A stretch of 64,000 nt of DNA from Spirochaetia bacterium (GTDB taxonomy: Bacteria > Spirochaetota > Spirochaetia > DSM-2461): NCBI GenBank assembly GCA_963668315.1, contig OY764216.1, forward strand, positions 288,001 through 352,000, in the 5' to 3' direction. Positions 38,186 to 46,631 of the stretch are shown piece by piece. A model generated the notes under the pieces. The model made no database searches. It had not been told where the DNA came from and worked only from the letters and a program-made list of their open reading frames with translations. The position numbers and the translations under genes were made by a program. The first letter of the stretch is position 1, and each line of letters opens with the position of its first letter.

Positions 38186-38328
38186 GAATAAGAACATTAA
38201 GAAAGATGCTCTCCAATTGTTCTTTCCCTTGACCATAAGGCAATTTCAGGTTTACCATTTTTCCATCACCTGCGGATCTCCCGATCTATCCTTGCACGCC
38301 GTATGCGGCATCATACCCGGAGGGGTAC

Positions 38329-40122
38329 ATGAAACAAACGACAGAAAAAAACGCCCCCGTTATTATAAGACTCTTCAGAATGATTGGGCCCAGCCGTTTT
38401 ATCTTCCTGGGCGCCATGGCGGCCCTGGCATTCTCCATTGCCTTCGAAGCGAGCGGAACCCTTATCATCCGCCATGTGGTGGATAATGTGCTGGGTTCCG
38501 GCGGTGGAGTGAAAAGCATTGCCTTCTGGGCCGCGGTCTATATGGGCACGGCCCTGATGAGGGGTATTCTGAATTTCCTCCAGGGACTGGGCAAATCGAA
38601 AACCTCGGAGAAAATCGCCCGGACGATCAGAAACAGGGTGTACGACCATCTGCAGAGGCTCTCTTTCCGCTATCACGACGAGAACAAGACCGGAGAGCTG
38701 ATTCAGCGTTCTACCAGTGACGTGGATACGGTGCGCCGCTTTTATGCCGATCAGATCCCCGGACTCTGCAACACCACGTTTCTCTTTCTCATCAACTTCA
38801 CCCTCCTCCTCACGCTGGAGTGGCGTCTGGCCCTTTTTTCCGTCATAGCCATCCCGGTCATCATACTGCTCTCCTGGCTCTTCTTCGGCAAGATATTCTC
38901 TGCCTATGACAAGTTCCAGGATCACGAAGGGGACATGACGGCCCGAATCCAGGAGAACCTCAACGGAATCCGCGTGGTAAGGGCCTTTGCCCGGCAGGAC
39001 TGGGAAAAGGAGAATTTCAGGAGAATCAACAGCAAACAGCTGGAACTGGGGTATAAGCTGAATTTCTGGGACAGCTTCTACTGGCCCTTCGGCCATGCGG
39101 TCTGCGGTTTCCAGTTCGCCGCCACTCTGTTCGTGGGGGGAATTATGGCCATCAACGGCAGAATCACCGCCGGTACGTTCATCGCCTTTTCCTCCATGAT
39201 AAACGCCCTCATCTGGCCTATGCAGGAACTGGGACGGGCCCTTAAGGAAGTCTCGAAAAGCTATGTTTCCTTTGCGAGAATATCGGAGATTCTCGATGAG
39301 GATCAGGAAGATCTGGTGGAGGCGGAACTGCCCATTGATATGTCTATTAAAGGAAAGGTGGAATTCCGGGACGTCTCTTTTCATTACGTGAAGGGCGTGC
39401 CCGTACTGGACAACATCAGCTTCACCTGCGAACCGGGCATGAAGATCGCCCTTCTGGGGGCAACCGGCTCGGGAAAGACATCCCTGGTCAATCTGCTGCC
39501 CCGCTTCTATGAATACACGGGGGGTGAGATTCTGCTGGACGACAGTCCCCTGACCCACTACAGCCGCCACACCCTGAGAAAGAATATCGGAATCGTGGAG
39601 CAGGAGCCCTTCCTCTTCTCCATGACCGTCAGGGAGAACATCACCTACAGCCTGGAGCGGGACGTCACCCAGGAAGAGGTGGAGCAGGTGGCCAGAGCCG
39701 CGGCGATTCACGACTCCATCATGTCCTTTCCCAAGGGGTATGATACCATGGTGGGGGAAAAGGGTGTCAGCCTGTCGGGAGGGCAGAAACAGCGCCTTAC
39801 CATCGCGCGGACACTGCTCAAGAACCCCCGGATACTTATTCTGGACGATTCAACTTCGGCGGTGGACGCCGATACGGAAGACAAGATAAAGAGCGCCCTG
39901 GAATCGCTGATGGAAAAACGGACCACCTTCATCATCGCCCACCGCATACAGACGCTTCAGAGGGCGGATATGATCTTCGTCCTCAAGGAGGGGCGGATTG
40001 TACAGAGCGGCTCCCACAGAGAGCTGATTGGAAAAGAGGGCTTCTATAAGGATGTCTTCGATCTGCAGACCCGCATGGAGCAGGAACTGCAGGATGAACT
40101 AACCGCCGCCGGAGCGGTATAG
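38329..40122 (+). CDS. Heterodimeric ABC exporter subunit A
   Basis: TMD+NBD, GATGSGKT, LSGGQKQR, degenerate Walker B ILDDSTS. Confidence 0.93.
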   Translation: MKQTTEKNAPVIIRLFRMIGPSRFIFLGAMAALAFSIAFEASGTLIIRHVVDNVLGSGGGVKSIAFWAAVYMGTALMRGILNFLQGLGKSKTSEKIARTIRNRVYDHLQRLSFRYHDENKTGELIQRSTSDVDTVRRFYADQIPGLCNTTFLFLINFTLLLTLEWRLALFSVIAIPVIILLSWLFFGKIFSAYDKFQDHEGDMTARIQENLNGIRVVRAFARQDWEKENFRRINSKQLELGYKLNFWDSFYWPFGHAVCGFQFAATLFVGGIMAINGRITAGTFIAFSSMINALIWPMQELGRALKEVSKSYVSFARISEILDEDQEDLVEAELPIDMSIKGKVEFRDVSFHYVKGVPVLDNISFTCEPGMKIALLGATGSGKTSLVNLLPRFYEYTGGEILLDDSPLTHYSRHTLRKNIGIVEQEPFLFSMTVRENITYSLERDVTQEEVEQVARAAAIHDSIMSFPKGYDTMVGEKGVSLSGGQKQRLTIARTLLKNPRILILDDSTSAVDADTEDKIKSALESLMEKRTTFIIAHRIQTLQRADMIFVLKEGRIVQSGSHRELIGKEGFYKDVFDLQTRMEQELQDELTAAGAV

Positions 40123-40131
40123 GATAGGAAA

Positions 40132-41928
40132 ATGAGCGATTCATCAAAACTGGAAAACATGAACTTCACCGGAGACTTCTCCGGCAAGACCATAGGGCGG
40201 ATATTCAAGCTGACCCTGCCCCACTGGCGCCTCCTGGCCGGATTCTCCCTCTGCATTGCCCTGACGGCTCTGACCGACGCAACGGGAACATACCTCTCCA
40301 AGCTGATCATAGACGACGGCATTCTGGCCCGGGATTATCCGCAGCTCCTCAGGCTGACCTTACTCCATGTGGGGCTTTTCGCCGCCGCCGGCCTTTTCGT
40401 CTTCGGGTTCATCTACTCCGCCGGAAGGCTGGGCCAGCAGCTCCAGTTCGACCTGAGGGAGAAGCTGTTCAACCACCTGCAGGAACTCTCCTTCTCCTTT
40501 TTCGACAGGAACTCCTCCGGCTGGCTTCTGGCCCGTGTGACAAGCGACACCAGAAGGATTGCCGAACTGGCGAGCTGGATGCTTCTTGATATCATCTGGG
40601 CGATATTCAATATCTCCTTTTCCCTGATTTTCATGAGCACCATCAACTACAAGCTGGCCCTGATGATGCTAATCATCGTCCCCCTGCTGGCCGTCGCCGC
40701 GGTGAAGTTCAAATCCTACATCATCAAGGAATTCAGAAAAGTGCGGTCCATTAACTCCCGCATCACATCGGCCTACAGCGAGAATATCAACGGAGTCCGC
40801 ATCGTCAAAGCCCTGACAAGGGAGAAAAAGAACGCCCGTATATTCGGGGACCTGACGGGAGAGATGTATCAGGCATCCTTCAGGGCGGCCTGGCTGTCCG
40901 GGCTCTTCATGCCCGTCGTCCAGTTAATCACCTCTCTGGCCCTGGGAGTCATCATCCTCTACGGTGGCTGGGAGATAACCCTGGGAGGAATGACCATCGG
41001 CGGTTTCAGGGCTTTCATCGGCTTCGTAACCTTCATGGTTTATCCCATCCAGGACCTCGCCCGGGTATTCAGCGAAATGCAGCAGGCCATCGCCAGCGCC
41101 GAGAGGGTCTTCGCCCTTCTGGATATGAAACCGGACATTGAAGACTCCCCCGATGCTCTGGAAGAAGCCTCTTTCAAAGGGAAGATCGAGTTCCGCGACG
41201 TGGACTTTCACTATGTTTCCGAAGCCCCCATCCTCTCGGGATTCAACCTGACGATCAAAGAGGGAGAGACCCTCGCCATTGTCGGCCCCACCGGCGGCGG
41301 AAAAACAACCCTGGCGAGCCTCATTTCCCGTTACTACGACCCACAGAAAGGCACGATTTATCTGGACGGCAAGGATTTCCGCCGGTATACACAGAAAGCC
41401 CTTCAGGGAAGGATTGGCGTCGTTCTGCAGACGCCCCACCTCTTCTCGGGAACCATATGGGAGAATATCAAATACGGGGCCCCCGACGCCTCCGAAGAGG
41501 ATATCATTGCCGCGTCCAAAAAGGCCCATGCCCACGGGATGATTCTGAATCTTCCCGGCGGATACGAAGAGCAGGTGGGAGAAGAGGGGACCCTCCTCTC
41601 TCTGGGGCAGAAGCAGCTGATCAGTCTGGCCAGGACGATACTGGCGAATCCGGATATTATCATCATGGACGAAGCCACCAGTTCCATCGACACTCTGACG
41701 GAACAGAATATTCAGCAGGGCATGGAGGAACTCCTGAAAAACAGAACCAGCGTGATCATCGCCCACAGACTGTCCACGATCAGAGAAGCGGATCGAATAG
41801 TTGTGATTGAAGGCGGCAAAATCCGTGAAGAGGGGAACCACAGGGAACTTCTGCGTCAGAAAGGACACTATTATCACTTGTACACGAGCCAGTTCCGAAA
41901 GGAGAACGCCTCTTCCATGTTGGCATAA
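40132..41928 (+). CDS. Heterodimeric ABC exporter subunit B
   Basis: TMD+NBD, GPTGGGKT, degenerate signature LSLGQ, MDEATS. Confidence 0.93.
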   Translation: MSDSSKLENMNFTGDFSGKTIGRIFKLTLPHWRLLAGFSLCIALTALTDATGTYLSKLIIDDGILARDYPQLLRLTLLHVGLFAAAGLFVFGFIYSAGRLGQQLQFDLREKLFNHLQELSFSFFDRNSSGWLLARVTSDTRRIAELASWMLLDIIWAIFNISFSLIFMSTINYKLALMMLIIVPLLAVAAVKFKSYIIKEFRKVRSINSRITSAYSENINGVRIVKALTREKKNARIFGDLTGEMYQASFRAAWLSGLFMPVVQLITSLALGVIILYGGWEITLGGMTIGGFRAFIGFVTFMVYPIQDLARVFSEMQQAIASAERVFALLDMKPDIEDSPDALEEASFKGKIEFRDVDFHYVSEAPILSGFNLTIKEGETLAIVGPTGGGKTTLASLISRYYDPQKGTIYLDGKDFRRYTQKALQGRIGVVLQTPHLFSGTIWENIKYGAPDASEEDIIAASKKAHAHGMILNLPGGYEEQVGEEGTLLSLGQKQLISLARTILANPDIIIMDEATSSIDTLTEQNIQQGMEELLKNRTSVIIAHRLSTIREADRIVVIEGGKIREEGNHRELLRQKGHYYHLYTSQFRKENASSMLA

Positions 41929-41954
41929 AACTCATAAAAATTATAATTTTCACC

Positions 41955-42012
41955 TTGACCATAGCGGTGATTCCTATTACATTAGGTAGGACTAAGTAAT
42001 ACATTGTATTAC
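41955..42012 (+). promoter_or_regulatory. znuACB promoter with downstream perfect palindromic operator
   Basis: TTGACC-N17-TACATT (41955-41983); GTAATACA-T-TGTATTAC (41996-42012) just before SD AAGGAG. Confidence 0.78.
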
Positions 42013-42025
42013 CAAGGAGTTTTTT

Positions 42026-42991
42026 ATGTCACACAAAAAAAAAGGAATCATAACACTGCTTATTATGGCCCTCTCCCTTGCTATTCTGCCGGCAAACGGA
42101 AAAGCTGAGGAGAGCTCCAGTAAGAAAACCTACTTCGTATCCATTGTCCCGCAGGCATATATGCTGGAAAGAATAGTCGGCGAAGATATAGATGTGGCGG
42201 TAATGGTTCCCCCGGGAAAGAATCCCGCCACCTACGAACCCACACCCCGGCAAATGATGGAACTGGGCGAAGCTGAAGCTTTCTTCACCATCGGCGTTCC
42301 CTTTGAGAAAGCCTTCATTCCCACCGTGGAAAGCTCTCTCCCCAACCTGCCCCTTGTTGATGCGGCGAAAGGCATTGAGAGGCGTACGCTCGAAGCTCAC
42401 GATCACCATGAAGAAGGAGAAGATCATGCGAATGAAAAACACGACGAAGCTGATCATGAGGAGAACGGAGAAGCGGACAACGACGAAGAACACGATCACG
42501 AAGCAGGAACCCCTGACCCCCATGTATGGCTCTCTCCCATCCTGGCAAAGACCCTGTCTGAAAACATGGCAGCCTACCTGATCCAGTCAGATCCGGAAGG
42601 AAAGGAAACCTATGAAGCCAACCTGGCATCCCTTCTCTCCGACCTGGACGATCTGGACAATGAATTAGCCGGTGTTCTCGCTCCCCTCAAGGGAGAAACT
42701 CTCTTCGTCTATCATCCCGCCTTCGGATATTTTGCCGACCGCTACGGGATGCATCAGGAAGCCATTGAAACGGGAGGAAAAGAGCCCTCAGCCGCCGATC
42801 TGGAAAGGATTATCGACGAAGCGAAGGAAGACGGCGTTAAGGTGATTCTCGTCCAGCCCGAATTCTCCCAGTCCAGCGCCAAGGCGGTAGCTCAGGCGAT
42901 CGGAGGAGCCGTAATTTCCGTGGCGCCCCTTGAGAAGGATTATATAAACAATCTGAGAAACCTTGCCACACAGTTGAAGGAAAGCTTATAA
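42026..42991 (+). CDS. znuA: Zinc ABC transporter substrate-binding protein
   Basis: TYEPTP, His/Glu/Asp-rich loop, DPHVWLSP, HPAFGYFA. Confidence 0.92.
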   Translation: MSHKKKGIITLLIMALSLAILPANGKAEESSSKKTYFVSIVPQAYMLERIVGEDIDVAVMVPPGKNPATYEPTPRQMMELGEAEAFFTIGVPFEKAFIPTVESSLPNLPLVDAAKGIERRTLEAHDHHEEGEDHANEKHDEADHEENGEADNDEEHDHEAGTPDPHVWLSPILAKTLSENMAAYLIQSDPEGKETYEANLASLLSDLDDLDNELAGVLAPLKGETLFVYHPAFGYFADRYGMHQEAIETGGKEPSAADLERIIDEAKEDGVKVILVQPEFSQSSAKAVAQAIGGAVISVAPLEKDYINNLRNLATQLKESL

Positions 42992-42998
42992 TAGGGAA

Positions 42999-43784
42999 AT
43001 GGATTTAAAACCAGTAATAGAAATGGAAGATATCTCCTTCTCATATGGAGATACTTCCATATTCACCGGCATTAATGCCTGTTTTCACCGTGGTGATTAC
43101 GCAGCTATAGTTGGACCGAACGGCGGAGGAAAGTCGACTTTCATCAAGTTGATTACCGGTCTGCTGCCCCCCTCTTCGGGAAAGCTATATGTCTGCGGAG
43201 AGCTCCAGAAGCCTGAATCCCGAACCAACCTCTTCAAGATAGGCTATGTACCCCAATACGTCAATTTTGATACCCTTTTCCCCTCCACAGTCCTGGAAGC
43301 GGTTATTACCGGAACTCTGAGTAGAGGCTGGGGGTTTTACAAAAAACAGGACAGGGAAAGGGCCATGGAAGCCCTGAGGCTTGTGAATCTGGAGGATTTT
43401 GCCCATCGATCCTTCTCGGCCATATCCGGAGGGCAGAGGCAGCGAACCCTCATTGCCCGGGCCCTGGCATCCCGCCCGGAAATACTGATTCTCGACGAAC
43501 CCACAGCCAACGTCGACAAAGAAGTTGAAAGGCAATTCCGGGAACTCCTTTCCCGTTTAAATGAAAAATTAACGATCATACTCGTGACCCATGATTTCGG
43601 CTTTGTGGATCAGGATGTAAACCGGGTCTTCTGCATCAATAAGGATGTGGTAGAGCATCCCGTAGAACATGCGGGAGATCACTTGATTAATCACAGCTAC
43701 GGTCGCACGGTCAAAGCCATACGCCATGGCGATGCCGTAGAGCCCCATCACCACAAGCACAACAACGGAGGAACCGGAGAATGA
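42999..43784 (+). CDS. znuC: Zinc ABC transporter ATP-binding protein
   Basis: GPNGGGKST, IGYVPQ, SGGQRQR, LDEPTANVD, His-rich tail. Confidence 0.92.
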   Translation: MDLKPVIEMEDISFSYGDTSIFTGINACFHRGDYAAIVGPNGGGKSTFIKLITGLLPPSSGKLYVCGELQKPESRTNLFKIGYVPQYVNFDTLFPSTVLEAVITGTLSRGWGFYKKQDRERAMEALRLVNLEDFAHRSFSAISGGQRQRTLIARALASRPEILILDEPTANVDKEVERQFRELLSRLNEKLTIILVTHDFGFVDQDVNRVFCINKDVVEHPVEHAGDHLINHSYGRTVKAIRHGDAVEPHHHKHNNGGTGE

Positions 43785-44614
43785 GCTCTTTTATTTCCGC
43801 CCTTTTAAATCCGGCGGTTCCCTTTATCCGATACGCCCTCATTGCCGGCATCCTGGCCAGCGCCTCCTTCGGCACGGTAGGCTCCCTGGTTGTTGTCAAG
43901 CGGATTTCCTACATAGCCGGAGCCATAAGCCACGCCTCCCTGGCAGGACTGGGCGTTGTCATGTACTTGAACGAGACGGCTGGCACGGCCCTGTCGCCTA
44001 TTGTAGGCGCCGTGGCTGCCGCCCTGTTAGCAGCGCTCATCATCGCCCGCATCACCCGGTCGGGACGGGAACGCTCAGATACGGTGATCGGAACGGTGTG
44101 GGCCGTGGGAATGGGTATCGGACTCCTGTTCGTCGCGAAAACGCCGGGCTATACCGACCCTATGAGTTATATCTTCGGAAATATTCTATTGCTGCAAAAA
44201 TCAGATCTGGTATTAATCACCGTTATGGATGTCCTGGTACTGGCTTCCATCGTTTTTTTCTACAGAGCCTTCCATGCGGTGGCTTTCGACGAAGAGTTCG
44301 CCCGGACCAGGGGATTGAATACGAATTTCTACGAAACTTTCCTTATTATCCTCACCGCCCTGACCGTAGTGCTCATGGTATCCACGGTGGGAATCGTCAT
44401 GGTAATAGCTCTTCTGACCATACCCGCTGCTATAAGCGGGATTTTCACGGGCAAACTCTGGCAAATGATGATAGGGGCTGTCATAGTCGGCATCATCCTG
44501 AACTCGACGGGCCTCTTCATCAGCTACAGCCTTAACCTGCCCACAGGCTCTACGACGATTGTGCTGGCAGGGGCGGTCTATCTGGTTCTCAAGGGTATGA
44601 AACGCAGATCATGA
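43781..44614 (+). CDS. znuB: Zinc ABC transporter permease
   Basis: AISHASLAG, SYIFGNIL, FDEEFA, ALLTIPAA. Confidence 0.92.
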   Translation: MSSFISALLNPAVPFIRYALIAGILASASFGTVGSLVVVKRISYIAGAISHASLAGLGVVMYLNETAGTALSPIVGAVAAALLAALIIARITRSGRERSDTVIGTVWAVGMGIGLLFVAKTPGYTDPMSYIFGNILLLQKSDLVLITVMDVLVLASIVFFYRAFHAVAFDEEFARTRGLNTNFYETFLIILTALTVVLMVSTVGIVMVIALLTIPAAISGIFTGKLWQMMIGAVIVGIILNSTGLFISYSLNLPTGSTTIVLAGAVYLVLKGMKRRS

Positions 44615-44624
44615 GAACAGACGG

Positions 44625-44891
44625 TTACTCCTCATCCTTTACATGGCAGACGATATGAACCGCATGGCAGTCCTCGCAAACCTCCACTTCGTGGGTCCGG
44701 GTAAATTCATCCCAGTGATGTTTCTGCTGGGGTGTGATAATCCCCGTTCCCAGGCAGAGGGGGCAGGTATTGTCCAGAGCGTTCAGAAGCGCTTTGCGGA
44801 TAAACTCGGACCGGTTGGGGATTTCCCGGATGATCTTCCCCAGCTGCCCGTCAACCTTAAAGGAGATAACCTCCTGTTTCGTCTCTTTCAT
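44625..44891 (-). CDS. CopG/ribbon-helix-helix regulator with Cys/His-rich C-terminal domain
   Basis: VISFKVD strand, NRSEFIRKAL helix, then CPLC, HH, H, CEDCH, H, CH; promoter TTGACA-N16-TAGAAT-N6-ATG. Confidence 0.82.
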   Translation of the reverse strand: MKETKQEVISFKVDGQLGKIIREIPNRSEFIRKALLNALDNTCPLCLGTGIITPQQKHHWDEFTRTHEVEVCEDCHAVHIVCHVKDEE

Positions 44892-44967
44892 CCCTCCATT
44901 CTAGAGACCCTGTATATTTTGTCAAGAACGATTGATGTTATCCCTTACCCGTGGCATACTGGAAGAT

Positions 44968-45825
44968 ATGTCATATACCATTGTCATTCATAGCGGAAAA
45001 GCCCATATGGACGAGCTGCTCGCCTCATCCCTTCTCCGTCTCCATAAGGGAGAACCGCCGGAAAAGGTGGAAAGGATTTTTTCCGACGAAGCGGCACAGC
45101 GGGTCCGGGAGGGAAAAACCGGAAAGGATATCTATTACCTTGACTGCGGCCTGGTCCACGATCCGGAACGCAATCTTTTCGACCATCATCAGGACCGGAA
45201 TCTGGACAGTGCCGCAGCGCTTGTCTTCAGGGAATTCTTTCCCGACAAGAGAGAGACCGAACTATACGATTATATAAAGCTGATTTCCCGCGTGGATAAC
45301 GGAGGGGCCAAAAGCCTTAATGACTTCGATCTTCTGGACGAGAGCCGGTTCTACTTTCTCACGGGGCAGAAGCTCATGCTCAAGGGGTTCGAATCGGATC
45401 CGGCCGGCATGATCGAGCTCCTTGCCTCGGCCCTGGAGGACAATCTGGCCTTCGAAGAACAGAAGGCCCTGGGCCGGGAATGGATAGAGAACAAGGACAA
45501 CGTAACCATAAAAATGATCCACGGCTGCCTGGCCCTGCAGTTCAACAAACGCCCCCCCACCGAACTGATCGTTCCCGTCAGGGCCGTCGATGACGAGATT
45601 GTCGACAAGCACAAGGTGGAGGTCATCTACTCCTTCGACGACCGGGACGAGACGGCCCGCACCCTTTTCCGGACCTTCCACGGTCACGAGAAGCTGGACT
45701 TCACCCGGTCCCGCCCCCGGAATCTGCAATTCTGCCACCAGAGCGGTTTTCTCATGAAGTTCGTCCCCGCCTCTGAGGAGGAGTGGATAGAACTGGTAAA
45801 ACAGTCCCTGGAGGAAGGGGAATGA
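44968..45825 (+). CDS. MYG1 (UPF0160)-like metal-dependent hydrolase/exonuclease
   Basis: HSGKAHMDE, LDCG, FDHHQ, VDNG, FCHQSGF motifs. Confidence 0.75.
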   Translation: MSYTIVIHSGKAHMDELLASSLLRLHKGEPPEKVERIFSDEAAQRVREGKTGKDIYYLDCGLVHDPERNLFDHHQDRNLDSAAALVFREFFPDKRETELYDYIKLISRVDNGGAKSLNDFDLLDESRFYFLTGQKLMLKGFESDPAGMIELLASALEDNLAFEEQKALGREWIENKDNVTIKMIHGCLALQFNKRPPTELIVPVRAVDDEIVDKHKVEVIYSFDDRDETARTLFRTFHGHEKLDFTRSRPRNLQFCHQSGFLMKFVPASEEEWIELVKQSLEEGE

Positions 45826-46631
45826 AACGGGATCCCCAGGTAGGCTACCCCCTCGTGGAAGGGCTTTTTTATCCCGCCGACAAGGACGCTCTCTCAGAAA
45901 AGATCGATTCCCTTCTCAAAGGGGAAAAGGGCGATTCTCCCGCTGTCATTCTGCCCCATGCCGCTTACGAGATTACGGGAGAGGCCTGCGGCCGGGCGTT
46001 CTGTGGCTGCTCGGAAAGAAAGGTATCCCGTATTCTGATTCTGGCCCCCGCACACAGGGAGCCTGAGCCCCGGGCGGCTCTTCCCGGTTACAAAAGCTTT
46101 TCCACACCCCTGGGAGAGATTTTCACCGATGAAGAAATGCTGGAAAAACTCAAAGCGGCCACGCCCCTTTTCAGGGAAGATCCCATGCCCTTTGAAGAGG
46201 AGCACAGCCTGGAACTCATCTATCCCTTTCTCATTAAAATGTTTCCCGGAGTTCCGGTCGTTCCCGTTCTGCTGGGTAGCGTGAAAAAGGAAGGGATGAA
46301 GGAGCTGGCAAAGAGCCTGCGCGAAACTTTCCTGCCTGAAAAATCCGGACTCCTCACTGTTATTTCCTCGAACATGAGCCGCTTCATCACCCCCTCTGCC
46401 GCCGAAAGGGAAGCGGACAGTTTTACAAAGTTTGTGACGGACGCCCCTCTTTCAGAAAAGGAGCGGCAGGAAATATCGGCCTGCGGCATGAACTGTGTTG
46501 ATCTCTTCAGCAAAGCCGGTCTTTACGAAGGCCGATTCCGTGAAGGAGAACGGTTCTTCAAGACGGCAAGGGAAAACAGAAAAGAAGCGGCCGTGCATTA
46601 CGGTACGTTTCTCTATAGCGAAAATACCTAG
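45822..46631 (+). CDS. MEMO1 family / AmmeMemoRadiSam protein B-like
   Basis: GLFYP, LPHAAY, APAH, TPLG, EEHSLE, SACG; ATGA overlap with the MYG1-like gene. Confidence 0.85.
   Translation: MKRDPQVGYPLVEGLFYPADKDALSEKIDSLLKGEKGDSPAVILPHAAYEITGEACGRAFCGCSERKVSRILILAPAHREPEPRAALPGYKSFSTPLGEIFTDEEMLEKLKAATPLFREDPMPFEEEHSLELIYPFLIKMFPGVPVVPVLLGSVKKEGMKELAKSLRETFLPEKSGLLTVISSNMSRFITPSAAEREADSFTKFVTDAPLSEKERQEISACGMNCVDLFSKAGLYEGRFREGERFFKTARENRKEAAVHYGTFLYSENT

Noticed and set aside
38260..38328. Possible attenuator or riboswitch before the heterodimeric ABC exporter
   Set aside because: Only a short GCCG..CGGC hairpin; no terminator or recognisable aptamer
38311..39711. 466-aa minus-strand ORF (also 11984-12913, 40924-41877, 59609-60649 and similar)
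   Set aside because: Antisense shadows of well-supported genes
42395..42505. Repetitive GAn/CAn-rich tract
   Set aside because: Encodes the ordinary His/acidic loop of ZnuA; not a DNA repeat array
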